Of a DNA stretch of 64,000 bases, positions 41,079 to 50,064 are shown piece after piece (the first letter of the stretch is position 1; each line of letters begins with the position of its first letter). Under the pieces are notes generated by a model, which saw nothing but the letters and a program-made list of their open reading frames with translations, made no database searches and was not told where the DNA came from. The DNA comes from an uncultured delta proteobacterium (GTDB lineage Bacteria; Desulfobacterota; Desulfobacteria; Desulfobacterales; SG8-13). A program made the translations under genes and the position numbers. Location of the stretch: NCBI GenBank assembly GCA_963848135.1, contig CAWKCK010000018.1, forward strand, positions 12,938-76,937. The letters are read 5' to 3'.

Positions 41079-42851
41079 TTAGATTTCGGAGAAACCCCAA
41101 AAGGGAAATTCCAGACGGTAGGAGGAAATTTTACCGGGACTGTTCTCCCGGCTGGCCACCAGCCACAAAGAACTCAACCGTTCCTTGGATGAAATCGGAT
41201 CGACAGGGTCCCAATCGGGTATTAATATCATGGCATTATCGGCGCTGTACTCGATATCGCCGGATTCTTTGAAGGCACCGAGATCCGGTTTTTTAGCGTA
41301 ACGCCCACCCTCGCCACGCGAAAGTTCGGAGACGACAAAAAAAGATACGTTCTGATCATCGCGGATGGCCTCCATGTGGCGCAACCAAGCGTCTATGCCC
41401 GTTCGTCGGTCGGATAGATCTTTAAAAGGCAATTTGTGTAAACTGTCGATGACCACAACGGCAAAATCCTTTCGGGTCTCGTGTTGCAGAAAGTCGATTT
41501 GGCGACGCATGATGTCCGGGTTTAATTTGCGATCTGTGACGACCCTGAAGTACTGCAGCAATTGCCGGAACTCCTGCCGAGCTGTTTCTAAACTCCGGGG
41601 GACATTTTCGTCGTTCGTGCTCTGCCAGATTTCTTTTTCAGCCAAGCGGCTCATTCGGCACAAGGTTCTAGCATAGATTTTCATGCGTCCGTTTTCAAAG
41701 TCGTAGTAAATCACTGGCATCCTTCGACGGGCCATTTCCGTGGACACTTGCATGTAAAAACAAGATTTACCAGCCTTCGGCGGTCCCCCCATGATATTGA
41801 TCCCCTGAATGCCTCCCAAAGCCCGATCAAATTTGGCGAACCCTGAGCTAAGACCGGTCAGTTTTTCTTCCCGGTTGCGCGCAATCAATTCGAGGAATTT
41901 ACGATGTTCCCTCTCAGGTGACGAAAATGGTGAAAAAGCCTTGGAGGACCTGATTAAGGCTGATACAGTCGATCGAAAATCCTGACCTTTCTCCAGGGCA
42001 AGATCGGTGAGATTATAGCCACGTTTGGCGTGGGGCGGCCACATGAGAATTCGCGCTTTAAAACCGATGCGGGTGGCTGCATCCCGCGCCGACAAATACG
42101 CTTCGGGAGTGTGATTGACCACGATGAAAACGTGCTTAATCCCTTCCAATCGCTCAGCACGGATGTGTTCTAGATCCCCAGCAGACGGGACGGCAATTCC
42201 GGGATACCCAAGTTCCTTGAGCGTCAGTAAATTGTCTTCCCCCTCAGCGATAAACAGCGCTCCGCCCTCGCACCGTTCAATCTCCGAAGCGCCAAAAATC
42301 TGAAAATCACCGCTGGTAAATTTATCGTCTCCGTGCCAGAAGTTATCCTCCTGCCGGCCAGGCAGGATACAGCGGGCGGCATAACTGTTCCCATCTTCGG
42401 CAACATATGGGTAGACAAGGTAACGGCCGTTGTAACCGATATTCATCTCGTCTACGACCGCTTCTGACACACCGAAGGACCGGAAATGCTCATATTCGCT
42501 TACCGTCATCAATGAGGTAAATTTAATAATCTCCTGTTTAAGATTTTTAATCGGATAAACGATGTCCCGGACGAAGGGCTCACGGTCAGGAATATAGCCC
42601 GGCACCTGATCGGGTTCGATACCGATCAAGCGTCCGAAGTGTAACGGGAATCCACCCGGTCGACAGCGGTTTAGACACCTGAAATATCCTGCAAAAAAAC
42701 TGTCTGGATTCAAGTATGCAATCAGGGTTCCCCCCTCACCGGAACCGGTGGTGGAACAGAACGGACACGGCGCCTTAAGAATGTTTTTCTCCTGAACGGC
42801 CCCAGGAAGATGTCTGCGGTAAAAATGAGTGATCTGATCCAGCAGATCCAT
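41079..42851 (-). CDS. primase-helicase-like fusion: Cys4 zinc finger + TOPRIM + DnaB-type RecA core
   Basis: 590 aa. Zinc-finger cysteines: CPFC...x26...CLNRC. TOPRIM acidic motif: FIAEGEDNL. DnaB-type motifs: Walker A GGPPKAGKS, Walker B AVVVIDSL, DnaB H3-like VVSELSRG and H4-like ESGDIEYSADNAMIL. Confidence 0.75.
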   Translation of the reverse strand: MDLLDQITHFYRRHLPGAVQEKNILKAPCPFCSTTGSGEGGTLIAYLNPDSFFAGYFRCLNRCRPGGFPLHFGRLIGIEPDQVPGYIPDREPFVRDIVYPIKNLKQEIIKFTSLMTVSEYEHFRSFGVSEAVVDEMNIGYNGRYLVYPYVAEDGNSYAARCILPGRQEDNFWHGDDKFTSGDFQIFGASEIERCEGGALFIAEGEDNLLTLKELGYPGIAVPSAGDLEHIRAERLEGIKHVFIVVNHTPEAYLSARDAATRIGFKARILMWPPHAKRGYNLTDLALEKGQDFRSTVSALIRSSKAFSPFSSPEREHRKFLELIARNREEKLTGLSSGFAKFDRALGGIQGINIMGGPPKAGKSCFYMQVSTEMARRRMPVIYYDFENGRMKIYARTLCRMSRLAEKEIWQSTNDENVPRSLETARQEFRQLLQYFRVVTDRKLNPDIMRRQIDFLQHETRKDFAVVVIDSLHKLPFKDLSDRRTGIDAWLRHMEAIRDDQNVSFFVVSELSRGEGGRYAKKPDLGAFKESGDIEYSADNAMILIPDWDPVDPISSKERLSSLWLVASRENSPGKISSYRLEFPFWGFSEI

Positions 42852-42901
42852 ACAACGCCCCCTTCTTGACTACAGTAAAATATTACTATTTAATTCAGTT
42901 A

Positions 42902-42931
42902 ATTATAGGATGTAAGAGCGAAAAATGTCAA
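42902..42931 (-). promoter_or_regulatory. near-consensus sigma70 promoter of the primase-helicase gene
   Basis: On the minus strand: TTGACA (42926-42931), an 18-nt spacer and TATAAT (42902-42907). GAAGGGGG lies 6 nt before the ATG at 42851. Confidence 0.6.
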
Positions 42932-43095
42932 GAAAGAATAGGTCGCAGGTCGGACTGTTCAAGCGATGTTGAGACGGTGAGTCTATCGGATGGCGCGCTG
43001 CTGAGATACTTGCCGCACAAACCTCTCGATACAAGACACATGCCGGGGCCTTTGAGGTTACCGATGGTCTGATCCGACCGTCAGTGGCGGTGGTG

Positions 43096-43121
43096 AAAAA
43101 TGATTCCCGGCAAATCCGGAA
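43096..43121 (-). terminator. terminator-like hairpin plus T-run (alaS 3' end or a small transcript)
   Basis: On the minus strand: TTCCGG-ATTTG-CCGG(G)AA followed by TCATTTTT. The stem is short with one bulge. Confidence 0.35.
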
Positions 43122-43314
43122 GAATGGTTTGGGATACGCTCAAAGCGGTCTTTTAAAACCATTATTCCGGGCAACCAAACGGTCATTGAATTATATAATA
43201 ATCATCGTCTCCGGTCACTGTGAGTTCCAAGAACTATCAAACTTTGGGCGTTTCCCCAGCAAAGCTGGGGGATTACCGATGATTATTATGTGGTATCCTT
43301 TCCCCATTTGATTT

Positions 43315-45945
43315 TTATTTGGAGCCTTCGATAAGGACGTAGGCAAGTTGGAGTGCCTGTTCGAGGTTTTCCGGTTGTGTGCCCCCTGCCTGGGCCATGT
43401 CCGGCCTTCCGCCGCCGCTGCCCCCGACAACCACTGCCAATTCCTTAATGAGCTTGCCGGCGTGGTAGCGGCCTATCAGGTCCTTGCTCACCAGAGCAAT
43501 CAAGAATGCTTTTGGGCCGGCGGCCGCCCCCAGAATCACGATCCCGGATTTGAGCTTGTCTCTAAACCGATCGGCCAGGTCTCTGAGTGCTGCCGGATTG
43601 TCTGCCTCAACCTTCTTGGCCACAACCTGGACACCGTTAATTGTTTTTTTGCCGGCTTCTGTGTCCGCGGCCGAAAGGCTGGTCAGTTTGTTTTTCAAGC
43701 GGGCAAGTTCTTTTTCAAGCGATTTGTGCTCCGAAATTAACTTCGCCACTTTGTGAGGAACCGCTTCCGGTGAATCCTTTAAAAGGCTGGCCGTTTCCTG
43801 CAGTATTTGAACGGTCTTCTGTGTGTAGGCGACCGCTTCCTTGCCGGTCAAGGCTTCGATACGCCGAATTCCGGAGGCAACACTCGACTCTGAGACGATT
43901 TTAAAGAGACCGATATCGCCGGTGTTTTCGACATGAGTACCACCGCAAAGCTCCTTGCTGAAATCAGCCAGCGACACCACCCTGACACGGTCACCGTATT
44001 TTTCTTCAAACAACGCCATCGCACCGGATTGAAATGCCTCCTCGGCCGCCATTTCAACAGTCTGTGATGAAATGTTTTCGTAGATGCGGCCGTTAACCAT
44101 TGCCTCGATCCGGTTTAACGTTTCCGGCTCCAATTGGGAAAAATGACTGAAATCGAATCGCAGTCGGTCTGCGGCAACCAGGGATCCGGCCTGTTTTACA
44201 TGGTCACCGAGAACATCGCGCAAAACGGCATGTAGAATATGGGTGGCCGTGTGATTTCTTTGTACGGCCATCCGTTTTTCATAATCGACGGTCAACTGAA
44301 CCGTCTGGCCTGCTGCTACCTGTCCTGAAAATACCCGCCCCTTGTGAATGATCAGGCCGGTGGGATCTTTTATCGTATCTGTTACTTCGACTTCGAATTC
44401 AGCTCCGCTGATGCGACCGGTGTCCCCGACCTGGCCACCGGCTTCTCCGTAAAAGGGTGTCGCCTCGGTAACGATTTCAATCTCATCACCCGATCCGGCT
44501 TGCTCGACTTCCTGGCCATCCCGCACCAACAATATTATTTTGGAGGTCAATTCGGTTTGGCTGTGGCCGACGAATTCGGCGGTGGTTCCCCGTGAGGTCA
44601 GTTTCTTGAACGCATCGCTGATCTTTGTAAAGGACGTCTTGGAACGGGATTGGGCCCGTTGCGCATCCATGGCTTTGTCAAACCCGGTCATATCCAGTGA
44701 AATTTTTTGTTCTCTGACGACATCTCTGACGATGTCTACCGGAAATCCGTAGGTATCGTAAAGTTTGAAAATCACCGCGCCGGGAATCTGTTTCCGCCCG
44801 GCGGCCTCGAGGTCGATCAGCGTATCTTTGAGAAGTTTCAGCCCGGTATCGAGCGTCTCGATAAATCGAAGTTCCTCATTTCTTATCACGTTGGTAATGA
44901 AAGATCGGGCTTCCAGAAGTTCCGGATAGGCCGGCTTCATAATTTCGAAAACCACGCTGGCGGTGTCATGCAGAAACGGACGCTTCAGACCGATTATACG
45001 CCCGTACCGGATTGCCCGCCGCATGATACGGCGCAGAACGTATCCACGGCCTTCGTTGGAGGGAAAAACCCCGTCACCGATCAGAAATGCAGCGGCGCGG
45101 CTGTGGTCGGCAATCACTTTCATGGCCACGTCGGCCTCGTTGTCATCTCCAAAAGCCTTTTGACTGATTTCTTCCGTTTTTTCAATGATCGGAAAAATCA
45201 GGTCGGTTTCAAAATTCGTCGGGGTGTTTTGGAGGATTGAAACCATGCGCTCCAGCCCCAGACCGGTATCGATACTCGGTTTCGGCAAGGGTGTGAGGGT
45301 GCCGGATTCGTCACGGTTGAACTGCATGAAGACCAGGTTCCATATTTCGAGAAAACGATCGCATTCACAACCAAGTTCACAATCAGGGTTGCCACAGCCG
45401 TAGGACTCCCCCCGGTCCAGATGGATTTCACTGCAGGGACCGCAGGGTCCAGTGTCACCCATGGCCCAGAAATTGTCCTCTTCTCCGAATCGTCTAATCC
45501 TTTCTTCGGGGACCCCGATGTTCTTATTCCAAATTGTATGGGCTTCATCATCGTCCAGATATATCGACACCCAAAGTTTGTCAGCCGGCAAACCATAGCC
45601 GTTGGTGAGCAGGTCCCAGCCGAAATCGATGGCCTTCTCCTTGAAGTAGTCTCCGAACGAAAAATTACCAAGCATCTCGAAAAAAGTGTGATGGCGAGCC
45701 GTGTACCCAACATTTTCCAGATCGTTATGCTTCCCGCCAGCGCGTACGCACTTTTGAGAACTTGTCGCCCGCCGGTAACCGCGGTTTTCCTCCCCGAGGA
45801 ACGCCCGCTTGAACTGGACCATACCGGCGTTGGTAAACAACAAAGTCGGATCGTCCTGGGGGACAAGCGATGAACTCCTTACCACTTCGTGGTGGTGCTT
45901 CTTGAAATAGTCCAAAAATACCTTGCGTACGTCATTGCCTGTCAT
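43315..45945 (-). CDS. alaS: alanine--tRNA ligase
   Basis: 876 aa with class II motifs, the editing-domain HxxxH (HTATHILH), CGGTH and a C-terminal DHHA1-like domain. Confidence 0.97.
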   Translation of the reverse strand: MTGNDVRKVFLDYFKKHHHEVVRSSSLVPQDDPTLLFTNAGMVQFKRAFLGEENRGYRRATSSQKCVRAGGKHNDLENVGYTARHHTFFEMLGNFSFGDYFKEKAIDFGWDLLTNGYGLPADKLWVSIYLDDDEAHTIWNKNIGVPEERIRRFGEEDNFWAMGDTGPCGPCSEIHLDRGESYGCGNPDCELGCECDRFLEIWNLVFMQFNRDESGTLTPLPKPSIDTGLGLERMVSILQNTPTNFETDLIFPIIEKTEEISQKAFGDDNEADVAMKVIADHSRAAAFLIGDGVFPSNEGRGYVLRRIMRRAIRYGRIIGLKRPFLHDTASVVFEIMKPAYPELLEARSFITNVIRNEELRFIETLDTGLKLLKDTLIDLEAAGRKQIPGAVIFKLYDTYGFPVDIVRDVVREQKISLDMTGFDKAMDAQRAQSRSKTSFTKISDAFKKLTSRGTTAEFVGHSQTELTSKIILLVRDGQEVEQAGSGDEIEIVTEATPFYGEAGGQVGDTGRISGAEFEVEVTDTIKDPTGLIIHKGRVFSGQVAAGQTVQLTVDYEKRMAVQRNHTATHILHAVLRDVLGDHVKQAGSLVAADRLRFDFSHFSQLEPETLNRIEAMVNGRIYENISSQTVEMAAEEAFQSGAMALFEEKYGDRVRVVSLADFSKELCGGTHVENTGDIGLFKIVSESSVASGIRRIEALTGKEAVAYTQKTVQILQETASLLKDSPEAVPHKVAKLISEHKSLEKELARLKNKLTSLSAADTEAGKKTINGVQVVAKKVEADNPAALRDLADRFRDKLKSGIVILGAAAGPKAFLIALVSKDLIGRYHAGKLIKELAVVVGGSGGGRPDMAQAGGTQPENLEQALQLAYVLIEGSK

Positions 45946-46402
45946 GGGTGCACTCCGTTTGGTTTAAAAATACGGTTCTTCTCCGATTTAGTTGGTGTAT
46001 ATTGATGCGAAGCTTATGCATGAATCATAGCGTTTTTAAATTGGCCGCCCGCTCACTTCGCTCGCTCGACAGACGCTGACGGACACAGACTTTTGCCTCC
46101 ACGACCTGCGGAGGCAAAACAAGCTGTCGCTACGCGAGGCCATCCGCTTTTCTGCCTGAAAGGCATGCACCTTTTACCCGGGCAAGTCGCCCGGGTAAAA
46201 AGGGTTTGTCTGCATTATGTCTGCGTGCGTCTGCGGTTAATTTATACTTTTATTTTAATAAGATATGAATAATGTACCCGTAAAAACCACCAACTTTTTT
46301 GGAGATGATCAAAAATACTTACTTACCTGCAGCGCGGTCTACGATTGCGCCCGAAGACCGCTTCAAGTGAAAACGCCTAACGATTTGAGGTGCCACACCG
46401 GA

Positions 46403-47449
46403 TCAAGATTCGTCCTTTTTATCCTTTTTATCTTTTTCCTTTTCTTCGGGCTTTTCCGAAAGTCCCAAGAATTCCCGGACTTTGCTGAGCGCTGAAGCAT
46501 AGATATCCGGATTGTCCGTTAAAAAACGCTTCACATTCTCTCGTCCCTGACCGATCCGCTCGCCTTCGAAAGAATACCAGGAACCGCTTTTGTCGATAAC
46601 CCCAGCCTGCACTCCCAGGTCAAGCAGGTCACCTGTTTTTGAAATCCCCTCTCCATACGAAATATCAAATTCCGCGTCTTTGAACGGCGGTGCCATCTTG
46701 TTCTTGACCACACGTACCCGGGTGCGGTTACCGGTGACTTCCTGTCCTTCCTTGATTGCACCGGTTCGACGTATATCCAATCGAACTGAGGAATAAAACT
46801 TCAAAGCATTACCACCGGTAGTCGTTTCGGGATTACCAAAAACGATGCCGATTTTCATTCGGATCTGGTTAATGAACACCAAACATGTGCGGGTTTTTCC
46901 GATCGTTCCGGTCAGTTTACGTAGAGCCTGTGACATCAGTCGGGCTTGGAGTCCCATGTGGGAATCGCCCATCTCGCCTTCGATTTCGGCCCGAGGCACC
47001 AATGCGGCAACAGAGTCAATAACCAGCACATCGATGGCGCCGCTCCGTACCAGCATGTCGGTAATTTCCAGAGCCTGCTCACCGGTATCCGGTTGTGACA
47101 CAAGCAGTTCATCACAATTCACCCCCAGTTTCCTGGCGTATACTGTGTCTAATGCGTGCTCGGCATCGATGAAGGCGGCTATTCCTCCCTGTTTCTGAGC
47201 TTCCGCTACGGCATGCAATGCCAAGGTTGTTTTCCCGGAAGATTCAGGGCCAAAAATTTCGACAATCCGGCCCCGCGGTAATCCGCCGATTCCAAGCGCC
47301 ACATCCAAGGCCAGTGAGCCGGTAGGAATAACAGGCACCTTGATCACAGGACTGTCACCGAGTTTCATGATCGACCCCTTGCCGAACTGGCGTTCGATCT
47401 GGGCCATGGCTGTTTCTACCGCTCTTGATTTGTCCGCTACGTTGGTCAT
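46403..47449 (-). CDS. recA: recombinase RecA
   Basis: Walker [11 protein letters not shown]1/L2 loop regions and a [11 protein letters not shown]-terminal tail. The ATG at 47449 has AGGAGG 5 nt upstream. Confidence 0.97.
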   Translation of the reverse strand: MTNVADKSRAVETAMAQIERQFGKGSIMKLGDSPVIKVPVIPTGSLALDVALGIGGLPRGRIVEIFGPESSGKTTLALHAVAEAQKQGGIAAFIDAEHALDTVYARKLGVNCDELLVSQPDTGEQALEITDMLVRSGAIDVLVIDSVAALVPRAEIEGEMGDSHMGLQARLMSQALRKLTGTIGKTRTCLVFINQIRMKIGIVFGNPETTTGGNALKFYSSVRLDIRRTGAIKEGQEVTGNRTRVRVVKNKMAPPFKDAEFDISYGEGISKTGDLLDLGVQAGVIDKSGSWYSFEGERIGQGRENVKRFLTDNPDIYASALSKVREFLGLSEKPEEKEKDKKDKKDES

Positions 47450-47582
47450 CAATTCCTCCTCGACGGCGAATTCAGCCGATAGAATCGAACTCACCCTCAT
47501 GCTGTTTGTGGTTGCCTCCGCTTGCTATCTGCGATGTGGTACCCGGTGTCTTTGATTGAACATTCTTTAAAATTTGAAAGCC

Positions 47583-48161
47583 CTACGCATGATGCGGCAT
47601 CAAAGTCACTGCGCGCAGTTCTGTGTATACCGCTCCTGCGGTATGCAATTCGCTTCTGAAAAGGCTTACCCGGTTGACGATGAATGACTCGGATTCGAAG
47701 GACTGAATTTCGGCCATCGCATTCATGAGGTGCCCAGCGTCGATGGCCCCTTTGCTGCGCCCGAGTGTTAGATGGCCCGAGTACCTACGCTTGTCAGGCG
47801 GGAATCCGATGGTGACCAACCGGCTTGCCATATCCTGTTGCAGTTCGGTTAGTGCAGTCACCTGGCCCGCGATGCCCATCCAGATAACCCGTGCCCGCTT
47901 GATATTGGGAAAAACACCCACGCCCTTCGCGGACAGATGAAACGGGGCCCTTTTAAATGCAGTTTCCGCTACTACGGCTTCAACCTCCTCGATGCGGGAT
48001 GCGTCGATCTCACCGAGGAACTTCAGCGTCAAGTGGATGTTCCCGGCTCTTACCCAGCGCACTTTAAGCCGGTGACTGGCCAGCTGTTCCTGGGCATGTC
48101 GGATGTCGGCGCTCACCGTATCGGGCAGCGTCAGAGCTATAAATACCCTCAATCGCTTCAT
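47583..48161 (-). CDS. thpR: RNA 2',3'-cyclic phosphodiesterase (2H family, ThpR/LigT)
   Basis: Two HxT/S motifs (IHLTLKFLG and GHLTLGR). The family-like N-terminus MKRLRVFIAL begins at the ATG at 48161. Confidence 0.8.
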   Translation of the reverse strand: MKRLRVFIALTLPDTVSADIRHAQEQLASHRLKVRWVRAGNIHLTLKFLGEIDASRIEEVEAVVAETAFKRAPFHLSAKGVGVFPNIKRARVIWMGIAGQVTALTELQQDMASRLVTIGFPPDKRRYSGHLTLGRSKGAIDAGHLMNAMAEIQSFESESFIVNRVSLFRSELHTAGAVYTELRAVTLMPHHA

Positions 48162-48348
48162 CGTTTCAGAAACCGAAGGCAGTTGACGCATCGTGCGGAT
48201 ATACGACTATTTGGCCGGTAGGGCCTAATATTTTCAGAATTTATGGATCTTTTCTGAGTGTACAACACGGCACCATTGCTCAAGGCTTAAGAATTCTCAG
48301 TTGTGCAGTAAAATTGTATACTTTGCGTCGCTCTCTGCTAAGATTTCG

Positions 48349-49524
48349 TCAGAATTTCGAACTAGGCAGAGTGAAAACAGGTTCACCAAGAAAAAATTTT
48401 CCGCGTGCAATCTTATCCTTGAGTATCTCTGCAATTTCCCTTGCACGGCTAACACTCGACAGCGGAGCCGTTGGCACTTTGCGACCGTCGAATTCGATGG
48501 TGCCGCTTTTCAATTCCTCGTAACTGATCTTTCCGTAGCTTTTGGAGATACCGTTGGGATAATCATTCCCATAGTCGACGATCTGAGTAAAGATGTCCTT
48601 ATCCGATATGGCCGTGAATTGTGCGATTTTCTCATTGAGCACCGGTATCGGCACCCCCAGACCGACAGCCATCGAGCAGCCGTATCCCTGCAGACTCAAC
48701 CCTTTTATCCATTTGGGGCTCATTTTTTTTAAATCACCCATAACCCACAGGGTTCCGGCCGGCTTTAACGGGACACCTTTCGGCGTTCTTTTCACTGATG
48801 GATTGTGTTGCGTGCCATGCCACGTAACATAACCCTCTCCACCGCCGAGAAAAATTCGGGTCCCCAAACCGATGGTTAGATAATAGGGATCGTTGAACAG
48901 CGGGCTCAGCTGTCCGGCCGAACAGTAGTTGGCGTTTCCAGCCTTCGGTTTCAAGGCGCCCATATAGGTGTAGACCGTTTTGTTCGAGAGGTTCACGGCG
49001 CAGTTGTAATTCTGGTAGGCGTTACGCGGGTTGCAAAGGGTTGCCTGGGGCAATGATTTGAGGCGAATGTCTTTTTCGACCATTCGATTGGGGTAACAAT
49101 CGGTGCCATAGGCAAGCGCTTTCAAATGAACACTTTTCTTTTCCAGCAGATCCTGGATGACATGTCCTCCGCCATAATTGAATTCGCCGGGATGCACCTT
49201 GTTGAGAGGGTCGTCTTCACACGGCTCGGTAACGCCAATGTAACAATCAACAGCAGCCAGGCCCGCGTATGCAGAAACGTTGTTCAACCAAACCTTAGAC
49301 GCCTTTACTCCTGGTTCAGAATGACCGAAATTAATAAACGCCCCCGATGAGCACATGGGTGCAAATGTGCCCGTAGTTACGACATCAACATGCCGAGCGG
49401 CCTCAACCGGCCCGTCATTATTTACGATATCGATGATTTCCTCGGCTGTTACGACCACTACATTACCGGATTTAATCTTGGCGTTGATTTCCTGGTAGGT
49501 CTTGTTTACCCTGTGAATTGTCAT
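48349..49524 (-). CDS. COG1900/DUF39 homocysteine-biosynthesis family protein
   Basis: KTYQEINAKIKSG.VVVVTAEE...DVVTTGTFAPMCSSGAF is the conserved DUF39 N-terminal core. The start is uncertain, with an ATG at 49524 and a GTG at 49590. Confidence 0.75.
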   Translation of the reverse strand: MTIHRVNKTYQEINAKIKSGNVVVVTAEEIIDIVNNDGPVEAARHVDVVTTGTFAPMCSSGAFINFGHSEPGVKASKVWLNNVSAYAGLAAVDCYIGVTEPCEDDPLNKVHPGEFNYGGGHVIQDLLEKKSVHLKALAYGTDCYPNRMVEKDIRLKSLPQATLCNPRNAYQNYNCAVNLSNKTVYTYMGALKPKAGNANYCSAGQLSPLFNDPYYLTIGLGTRIFLGGGEGYVTWHGTQHNPSVKRTPKGVPLKPAGTLWVMGDLKKMSPKWIKGLSLQGYGCSMAVGLGVPIPVLNEKIAQFTAISDKDIFTQIVDYGNDYPNGISKSYGKISYEELKSGTIEFDGRKVPTAPLSSVSRAREIAEILKDKIARGKFFLGEPVFTLPSSKF

Positions 49525-50064
49525 GTCACCTTTAACCGGCTCGATTATTTGCTGGTTAAGCCCTCGGAGTGCGATTCCAGGCTCGACCACTGGGCTTTCG
49601 ATTACCGGCTTCCCAAACCCTGGTTAATAAAATCTATAATTTACAACAACTTACTGAAATATAGGCATTTAAAATTGAATCAATTTTCATAACAAGGAAA
49701 AGAGTGTTAATCAAGGCAAAGTTTATCGTTTCTTGACTTTTAATGGTCTGCGCGATAATATTTTCTTTGGTATTAGGTGCGTTTCACGCTTTGTGAACGG
49801 ATGAACGGCAACCCTTGCCCGCTTGCACACCCCGGACCGGCTTCACGGTCCTCTATAGACATAAATTTGACTATCAATGTATTGCCACTCGGCTGGTCGG
49901 GTCCATGGCAGTACGCCATGCCGGGATAAAATTGGCGATCCGGTTCGCTGCTCCTCCCTAGAAAAAAACCAGTATGTCGACTTTAATGATCGGCAGAGAG
50001 AAAACCGGACGCTGCAACCCGACAAACGGCTGTACACGAAAGGGCCGCTTCAGGTAACGCATGC

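Noticed and set aside
40503-41192. A 229-aa plus-strand ORF spanning the TPR lipoprotein gene and the 3' end of the primase-helicase gene.
   Set aside because: It is antisense to two well-supported genes, has no ribosome-binding site and has an Arg/Ser/Thr-rich composition typical of shadow frames.
43254-43270. The hairpin CCCCAGC-AAA-GCTGGGG about 45 nt downstream of the alaS stop, considered as the alaS terminator.
   Set aside because: No U-run follows it on either strand. A better terminator-like structure lies at 43096-43121.
42866-43311. Two plus-strand ORFs (68 and 75 aa) in the alaS/primase-helicase spacer.
   Set aside because: They have no ribosome-binding sites, lie on the strand opposite both flanking genes, and give hydrophobic or basic junk-like translations.
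45198-45866. A 222-aa minus-strand ORF and several plus-strand ORFs (44707-45240, 45421-45873) inside alaS.
   Set aside because: These are alternative or antisense frames of a gene with unambiguous AlaRS motifs. The translations are Arg/Ser/Pro-rich nonsense.
45946-46402. A T-box leader for alaS on the minus strand.
   Set aside because: No T-box sequence (GGTGGTACCGCG-like, which would read CGCGGTACCACC on the plus strand) and no AGAGA or specifier-loop arrangement is present in the spacer.
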